Shown here: one piece after another, positions 55,381-61,312 of the stretch
How the letters are laid out: every line of letters begins with the position of its first letter
Numbering within the stretch: the stretch's first letter is position 1
Virus record (IMG/VR): IMGVR_UViG_3300011115_000316
Span: 1 to 61,312 of that record
DNA from: a virus
Lineage: Duplodnaviria > Caudoviricetes
DNA: 61,312 nucleotides
Strand: one strand, 5' to 3'
Notes under the pieces: generated by a model
What the model was told of the DNA's origin: nothing
Seen by the model: the letters and a program-made list of their open reading frames with translations, nothing else
The model's database searches: none
Made by a program: the position numbers and the translations under genes

Positions 55381-56007
55381 TTATGCGGGAAGGTATTTGT
55401 TAGCCTTAGCAACATTATCGCGCCAAGGTATAACTTGAAGATTACTTGGAACATGCAGCCCAGAAACTAACTTTCCCTGCAATGGAATGACATGGTCTAC
55501 GTGCCATGCAAATCCAAACAGTCGTGTACGTAGTACAGCAAGTTCGTAAGCTTGCTCAATCACCCAAAAATCGTCTTTAGTTAGCCATGCGGGGGTACGT
55601 TGCATTTTATTAGAACGACGTTTAACTGTATCTGCAAGTACTTTTCCGGGATTTTCAATTTTGTATCTAGCTTTAGCTTCTTTTGTGCCAATATGATTTG
55701 GATTTTTTAAGCGCCATTCTGCGCTGCGAATCTTTGCAATAGCTTTTTCCGTATCACAATTTAAAACATAAGTAGCTTTACGTTTTGCTCGGATTGTTTC
55801 AGCGTTAGCTTGATATTTTTTAGCTGTTTTTTCTTTTGTTTTTTGTGGGTTTTTTTGATAACGAATACCTTCAGTTAATCGACGGCACTCAATACAAGTC
55901 CCACCAAATGTAGTTCGCAAAACACGCCCTCGCGCACAAGGAGACTCTGGAGCATACACTGCCGTTCCATTTTCTTTTGCTTTGACACGATTCATACTTT
56001 TTTTCAT
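55381..56007 (-). CDS. Free-standing HNH homing endonuclease
   Basis: CIEC; TPAWL...HVDHVIPLQG..VSGLHVPSNL; AT-rich relative to flanks. Confidence 0.85.
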   Translation of the reverse strand: MKKSMNRVKAKENGTAVYAPESPCARGRVLRTTFGGTCIECRRLTEGIRYQKNPQKTKEKTAKKYQANAETIRAKRKATYVLNCDTEKAIAKIRSAEWRLKNPNHIGTKEAKARYKIENPGKVLADTVKRRSNKMQRTPAWLTKDDFWVIEQAYELAVLRTRLFGFAWHVDHVIPLQGKLVSGLHVPSNLQVIPWRDNVAKANKYLPA

Positions 56008-57797
56008 GCTGGTAAATGCAAGTATGCTTTGGAATCCACGGCTATGTTGCCTTTGCCCATGCTTTTTTTCCTAGCCTTTTGTATCCTATCCATCATTTGA
56101 TATAAACGTCTTGCGCCCGCATCGGTAGACCCGTTGCCGATTTCTGACACAATTCTTGCCGGAATTACAAACTCATTATTTGCAAGTCGAGCGGGCTGCC
56201 TGTTCCCCACAGTCGCCGGGATGCTGTCTGACACACCGTCACCGGGGCCACGCAAAAGCCTGCCACCGTCTGAGTAACCACCTAGGGAGCCTAGACCCCC
56301 TTGGGCGTAGCCCGCCATGCCACCGTAAGCAAAGGGTTGCCCATTGCCTATGCCACCATTGTTACCTTGAGGGGCTGCGCCATCACCACCGCCGTTGTCT
56401 GCGGCTGTGCCGACGCCTGTGCCGACGCCTCCACCTATGCCCCCCGGGCCACCTACACCACCTACACCACCTTCACCGGCATTGGGGTCCGGGCCAGCAG
56501 GAGCCGCAGGAGCAACACCAGTATTCTGAGCTTGCGTCGGCACGCCCGTTCTATCTTCAACTGGCGTAGCTTCTATCTCTGCTGCTGTTTTTGGCGTAGA
56601 GAAGGCGTTGCCAATCATTCCAGCAGCAATCCCAAGGGGGCCGTTTGCTAAAGCTTGTGGGCTACCGGCATACGGGTTTACCCCCGACCCCATGTTGTAG
56701 CTGCCTTCAGGCCGGTCACCGACCACATTATTGCCCGGAACACCGTCGCTACCCATCAGTGTTGCAACACCGGGGTTGGTTTTTTCTGGCACATCTTTGA
56801 AGACGTACCAGCTTCTTTTTACGGGGTCATAGCGGTATGTTTTGCCGTCAGCGCCCACAAAGTCTGGCTTAGGCACATCTGGCAATGGAGTTACAGGTCT
56901 TACGACATCTGTTTTCTTTCTGCCGTAGCCCGAGTAGTCGTAGGTGGGGTCGAGCGGAATACCGCCACTGGCAAAATGCTGTATCCCGTCATCCGAAACA
57001 AACCCACCTTCAGCAGCATTTCGGTTTACATAGGTAGGCCCAAAATAACCACGTTGGGCAGAACTGCCTGTGTCTCTCTGGTATGGAAGTTGGTCTCTGC
57101 GAATGTTTATGTTGGCATAGCTAGGGTCAAACTTTATTTGTTTAGCGGTTGGAACAGATGTTTGGTCTTGACCTGCTAGTGCTGCTACTATTGGTGCGCC
57201 AATCATTGCAGCACCTTGAAGTTTACTGCCGCCACCAATTGAGCTAAACGCACCCATTGGGTTTTTAAACCCTTCTGTTACGCCTCTTGATAACCTATCA
57301 AAGTTTGATGCACCAGCGCGTGCTGTTTTTTCTGCTGCTGCTTGTCCTGCTTCGTAGGCTACTGCGTCTGCTCCTACGGGGTCTATTCCAGACGGCAAAG
57401 CTCCTTTTGCGGCTTCAGCGCCAATGGCGGCTTCACCAAAATTCATCAGTCCCCCAGCAATACCTGCTCCACCATAAGCACCAAGGCCCGCCATGAGTCC
57501 TTTGCCTAGGTCTTTGCTGGTCAAAGCGGTTAGACCGCCAACACCCATTGCTGCCATAAAGGGGGTGATGGCCCCTCCTGAGAAGAACGTGGCTGCACCG
57601 CCAAGAAGCGTAGGCAGCAGGCGGTCAAGGAAGCCAGCTTCGGGTAGCCCGGTTTGCGGGTTAACCGTCAAAGATCCGCCATGTGCCATAGCCAGACTTT
57701 GCAGTCCTGACACCTCACGGGGGGACATGTGGACAAGGGTCGAGTCTGGGCCTCTGCCTTGAGCAGACATATGGTTGGCTAGTTGATGTAGGCTCAT
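56004..57797 (-). CDS. Internal virion protein
   Basis: GRGPDS.LVH...NP.TGLPEA; GPGDGVSDSIPA...EFVIPA. Confidence 0.7.
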   Translation of the reverse strand: MSLHQLANHMSAQGRGPDSTLVHMSPREVSGLQSLAMAHGGSLTVNPQTGLPEAGFLDRLLPTLLGGAATFFSGGAITPFMAAMGVGGLTALTSKDLGKGLMAGLGAYGGAGIAGGLMNFGEAAIGAEAAKGALPSGIDPVGADAVAYEAGQAAAEKTARAGASNFDRLSRGVTEGFKNPMGAFSSIGGGSKLQGAAMIGAPIVAALAGQDQTSVPTAKQIKFDPSYANINIRRDQLPYQRDTGSSAQRGYFGPTYVNRNAAEGGFVSDDGIQHFASGGIPLDPTYDYSGYGRKKTDVVRPVTPLPDVPKPDFVGADGKTYRYDPVKRSWYVFKDVPEKTNPGVATLMGSDGVPGNNVVGDRPEGSYNMGSGVNPYAGSPQALANGPLGIAAGMIGNAFSTPKTAAEIEATPVEDRTGVPTQAQNTGVAPAAPAGPDPNAGEGGVGGVGGPGGIGGGVGTGVGTAADNGGGDGAAPQGNNGGIGNGQPFAYGGMAGYAQGGLGSLGGYSDGGRLLRGPGDGVSDSIPATVGNRQPARLANNEFVIPARIVSEIGNGSTDAGARRLYQMMDRIQKARKKSMGKGNIAVDSKAYLHLPA

Positions 57798-58111
57798 AGT
57801 GCAGTCTTTATTTTAAGCGTTTGGTTGTTACTCATCACCCCGTTCTGGGTGTCTCTGTAAACGTCACCGATTCGCAAATTGGCAAAGTCAGCGTCTGTTG
57901 GCAGGCTGGGGGCTGTGCCAGACGTAGGGAAAAAACTCAAACCCGATACTACAGTGGTTCCGTTAATCTGTGTAGAACCTGCCATCGGCCCTGCGTTGTC
58001 CAATTGGTTGAAGTACAGACGCAGCAAACTCAACAGTTGGTTCATGTAAACAGGGTCATACTCCTGTGGGGGGCTAGGTAGCCGGGGGGCTACTACGTTC
58101 TTTTGTGCCAT
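57794..58111 (-). CDS. Hypothetical structural protein
   Basis: LP.PP.EYD...LRLYFNQLD. Confidence 0.7.
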   Translation of the reverse strand: MAQKNVVAPRLPSPPQEYDPVYMNQLLSLLRLYFNQLDNAGPMAGSTQINGTTVVSGLSFFPTSGTAPSLPTDADFANLRIGDVYRDTQNGVMSNNQTLKIKTAL

Positions 58112-60207
58112 TACCTGCGTCCATCAGGGCGCAAATCAATTCTTGGAGCGCCCATCTGCCACTGTGTGCCAAGGGTGTTTGAACTGATTTTCATAGACAT
58201 CTGCCGCGCCCTGACCCGGATGTTCAACTGTCCGTTGTAGGTGTCTAGGTCAATAGGGTAGCTTTGAGTTGCGGTCACTACCCCCTCTGCGCTGCTGCTG
58301 TCTCCACCAACTGACTTGGGGTTGTTGTAGCCAGAGCCTGAGTTCTGTAGCGGCAGGAGCTGCATGGTCAAGCTGGGTGTCGTCCCGTCTGTGGAGCCGT
58401 TGAAGGTCAGGTCAGGCAACATTCTCCAGACAAAGGAGAAGTTGTGCCCATCACCAATGTCAAACTGGGATGAGGTGATGAATGCAGTGATTGCAACGGC
58501 GGTGGCTGCTGTGCCATCGTCTACACCCAGTTCATGGTTGACAAGGTTACTGCTGTAGGTGGCTGCAACGGGGTAGTCTTGGAGTCCGCTGTCCAGCCAT
58601 GCGGTACGGGCCATAGAGCCGTAATACCAGACATTCTCTAGGTAGTTGTAGACCACATAGCTGTCGTTGGTCGAAGAGCCGTTGCTGGGGTAGAACCACC
58701 AGACCTCATTAAAACCTTCGTTGGTGGCTGCGTAGACCTGCTCAAACTGCACCCGGTCAATGTCGTTGTAGACATACCTGAGTAAGTCACAGTTGAGGGT
58801 TTGCAGCCGCCCATCGTATTTGTAAAACTTGTCTACGCCCATCCAGTAAATGGTTCCCGCCGCTAAAGCCACTGCATTGGGGCCAGCAAGCGAGGTGTTG
58901 TCGGCAAGTAGCTGTGATCCCCAGACATAAGGTGGGCCAAGGTACTGGAGTGAGTACAGAGCCGCATCGGTAAAGATCACAATCTCTTGCTTGCTTTGTA
59001 TTGCAGTAACAATAGTGGAGCCGTGGGACAGGGTAATGCTGCCCGACTGATTGGTAATGGAGGGCGTCCACATGGTTGGGTCTTCTTGATCTGCCCAGCG
59101 AACCAGCATGGGGTTTACCACAGAAGAACCGATGTCGTTGGTTCCAAAGCAAATCACAAACCGGCTGGCATCAGAGACAAGGAAGAAGATTTGACTCAGC
59201 GGAACATCACTTGCAGAGGACAACGCAGACAACAAAACACCTCTTTGGGATATCTTGTGTGTGCCAGACTGACTGACTGAGGAGATGATGAGCGCCCCTG
59301 TGGGGGTCAGGGACAGATTAAAGGTGGTAGCTGATACATACCGGGTGTAATAGATCGTGCCTACCAGCAGACCTGTAGGCAGTGCCCCGGAAGTCTCAAG
59401 GACAATTGGAGTCAGATCGGGCAGAATCAGTGTGGTGGTGACAACGCAGGGGTTGGCAATCGTCATGGTAACCGTGGGGGCTAGGTAGCCAATAGTGGCA
59501 TCCCAGTAGTACAGCGGCCCACCCCTTGGGCCGTACAGCAAATCTTCACCAAAGTTAAATTGGTTCCATATCCTCAGTGACTCAGCAGAGGCAGCACTGT
59601 TTCCCCAAGTCCCAGAACTCCATGCACCAGAACCCCATCCAGCCAAGGGCGCAGCGTAGCTTGGGCCGGGATTGACTTGGTACACGGCATAGACCGTTCC
59701 CCCTCCAGAAGCCGTGGACGTTGCAGCGGATGTAAACGTGATGGTGTATGTTGTACCAGCAGAATAAGTTATCTGAAACTCCCCCAGTATGGTCAAGCCT
59801 CCCACCGCCGTGCTGCCTGTAAACGTCACATAGCCATTGTTGATGTAGCCGCCAGTGGCGTCTGTTACTGTGACTGTGGCAGAGCCGCTAACTGTGTCAA
59901 ACGGGCCGATTAGTGTGTGGACGGTCTGCGTGGGCGTGATGTCGTAGTAATAACCACCGTTGGCTATATAGAACTTGAGGTGCGTGCCAACCCCGATGAG
60001 GTTTTGATAGCCCAGCGTGACCCAGTTCCACAGAGACCGGCAGACACCCAAGAATGTGGCAGCAGAGATGCGTAGCCAGCCGCCTATTTTTTCAGGCGTG
60101 CCTTGCCGAAACCGGACGTTATCCGACTCGTAGTAGCCGCCTTCATTGGAGTATCTCGTATTTTCACGATTCACCCCGGGAGTCAATTTGATTTTTTGTA
60201 AACTCAT
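58111..60207 (-). CDS. Tail nozzle/stabilisation protein (P22 gp10 / tail tubular B-like)
   Basis: VRFR.G.PEKIGGW start, VRW.DQE, EVWWFYP, RIDLRPDGRR end. Confidence 0.75.
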   Translation of the reverse strand: MSLQKIKLTPGVNRENTRYSNEGGYYESDNVRFRQGTPEKIGGWLRISAATFLGVCRSLWNWVTLGYQNLIGVGTHLKFYIANGGYYYDITPTQTVHTLIGPFDTVSGSATVTVTDATGGYINNGYVTFTGSTAVGGLTILGEFQITYSAGTTYTITFTSAATSTASGGGTVYAVYQVNPGPSYAAPLAGWGSGAWSSGTWGNSAASAESLRIWNQFNFGEDLLYGPRGGPLYYWDATIGYLAPTVTMTIANPCVVTTTLILPDLTPIVLETSGALPTGLLVGTIYYTRYVSATTFNLSLTPTGALIISSVSQSGTHKISQRGVLLSALSSASDVPLSQIFFLVSDASRFVICFGTNDIGSSVVNPMLVRWADQEDPTMWTPSITNQSGSITLSHGSTIVTAIQSKQEIVIFTDAALYSLQYLGPPYVWGSQLLADNTSLAGPNAVALAAGTIYWMGVDKFYKYDGRLQTLNCDLLRYVYNDIDRVQFEQVYAATNEGFNEVWWFYPSNGSSTNDSYVVYNYLENVWYYGSMARTAWLDSGLQDYPVAATYSSNLVNHELGVDDGTAATAVAITAFITSSQFDIGDGHNFSFVWRMLPDLTFNGSTDGTTPSLTMQLLPLQNSGSGYNNPKSVGGDSSSAEGVVTATQSYPIDLDTYNGQLNIRVRARQMSMKISSNTLGTQWQMGAPRIDLRPDGRR

Positions 60208-60215
60208 GGTACAAT
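60188..60215 (+). promoter_or_regulatory. Sigma70-like promoter for the GIY-YIG gene
   Basis: TTGATT-N16-TACAAT with extended -10 TG. Confidence 0.55.
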
Positions 60216-60233
60216 CTCCGAATCGTCATTAAC

Positions 60234-61094
60234 TTGGAGAACATTGTGTATATTTACATTTGGAAAGATGCTTTTAGCGTTCCATTTTACGTTGGCTTTA
60301 CCAAAAACAAACGGCGCACTAACCCCAGAAACAACGGTGGGCGTAACTGGCTTTGTAAACAAAAATTGGCTGCAATTGGGGTAGATCGCGTTATTGTTGA
60401 ATTGCGTCCTGTTTTTTCTGCGGAAGAAGGGGTTGCATTGGAACGCCGCCTTATTCAAGAGTACGGACGCATTCAAACTACAAACGGCCCTCTTACTAAT
60501 TTGACTTCTGGTGGGGAGGGTAGTCATTCTTTATCCCCAGAACACAAAGAAAAGTTGCGAAAAATAATGATTGATCCACTGCACCCCATACGTAGTCTTG
60601 CATCTCGCGCAAAAGCAAAAAAACGTATGAATGAACCCGATGTTAAAGTTAAATTTTTAGGAGAAAATAATCCAGCAAAGAAACCTGCAGTACGCGCCAA
60701 GCTTAAAGCGGCATGGGAAAACCCAGAGTTTCGTGCTGCACGAAGCAAGGAAAGATTGGGAGTACCAAAAAACTTTTCTAAAGCTGGCTTAGAAAGAAGG
60801 GCCGCAGCGTTAAGAGAAAACCCGAAAATGAAAGGCTGGAGTGAACGTAACGGTAAAGATGCTGACTTTGACGCTAAACGGATTGAAGGCATCCGCGCTG
60901 CACAGCCTAAAAGAGCAGAGAAAATGCGTGACCCTGTTGCTCTTGCCCTACGCAAAGCAAGGCTTAGTGCAACGCTAAACTCCCCCGAACATAAAGCTCG
61001 TAGAGCCGCCCAGAACACGCCAGAGTACCGCGCCGCTGCATCTGCGCGGAAAAAAGAATACTGGGCAAAGAAGAAAGTTGACATTTCATCCTAA
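60234..61094 (+). CDS. GIY-YIG homing endonuclease with NUMOD-like repeats (start may be GTG at 60246)
   Basis: VYIY...PFYVG, E..LI..YGR.....GPLTNLTSGGEG; opposite strand to flanks. Confidence 0.8.
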   Translation: MENIVYIYIWKDAFSVPFYVGFTKNKRRTNPRNNGGRNWLCKQKLAAIGVDRVIVELRPVFSAEEGVALERRLIQEYGRIQTTNGPLTNLTSGGEGSHSLSPEHKEKLRKIMIDPLHPIRSLASRAKAKKRMNEPDVKVKFLGENNPAKKPAVRAKLKAAWENPEFRAARSKERLGVPKNFSKAGLERRAAALRENPKMKGWSERNGKDADFDAKRIEGIRAAQPKRAEKMRDPVALALRKARLSATLNSPEHKARRAAQNTPEYRAAASARKKEYWAKKKVDISS

Positions 61095-61312
61095 GACAGG
61101 AACAGGGCACGTTCATCGCTTCTGCGCTTGACTAACCCCGGCAGGATTTTACCCCCGCCCCTCGTAAACTTCAAGAACTCGTCGGCAGCCTCTTGCGTCT
61201 CGCCCCGAAGAACCTTTTGACGGAGGGTGCTTCGCTGTACGCCCCCCAGACCCAGATTAAAAGCAAAGCTGACAAGAGCATCATTTTGACCTTGGGTAAG
61301 CAACAGAGGAAA
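61091..61312 (-). CDS. Lysozyme/endolysin, C-terminal part
   Basis: LTQGQ.DALVSFAFNLG.G...STL...GLVKRR..E..LF. Confidence 0.9.
   Translation of the reverse strand, partial: FPLLLTQGQNDALVSFAFNLGLGGVQRSTLRQKVLRGETQEAADEFLKFTRGGGKILPGLVKRRSDERALFLS

Overview
Near-complete (~61.3 kb) genome of a tailed dsDNA phage with podovirus-type organisation, probably infecting a proteobacterium (inference). One lysozyme gene is split across the two window ends, so the map is nearly circular. Minus strand, 20.2 kb to 1 and 61.3 to 42.6 kb: terminases, portal, GroES-like chaperonin, scaffold, major capsid, adaptor/tail proteins, tail fibre, lysis genes and internal virion proteins, including a 2776-aa polyvalent protein and a lytic transglycosylase. 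Plus strand, 20.7-42.7 kb: early accessory genes, then replication genes (VRR-NUC, family A polymerase, PD-(D/E)XK nuclease, SNF2 helicase, SSB-like protein, primase-helicase). No integrase, tRNA, CRISPR array or RNA polymerase was recognised. Highlights: (1) a 6-kb array of single-gene cassettes delimited by a modular repeat (stop codon + 25-bp palindrome + hairpin + RBS) with attC-like AAC...GTT ends, including a near-empty cassette; (2) a cassette gene resembling Csx20-type CRISPR ring nucleases, a candidate anti-type III factor; (3) a helicase intein whose DUF559/Vsr-like endonuclease lies in the +1 frame; (4) several candidate structured RNAs; (5) three free-standing homing endonucleases. 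Family calls come from recalled motifs, not database searches.
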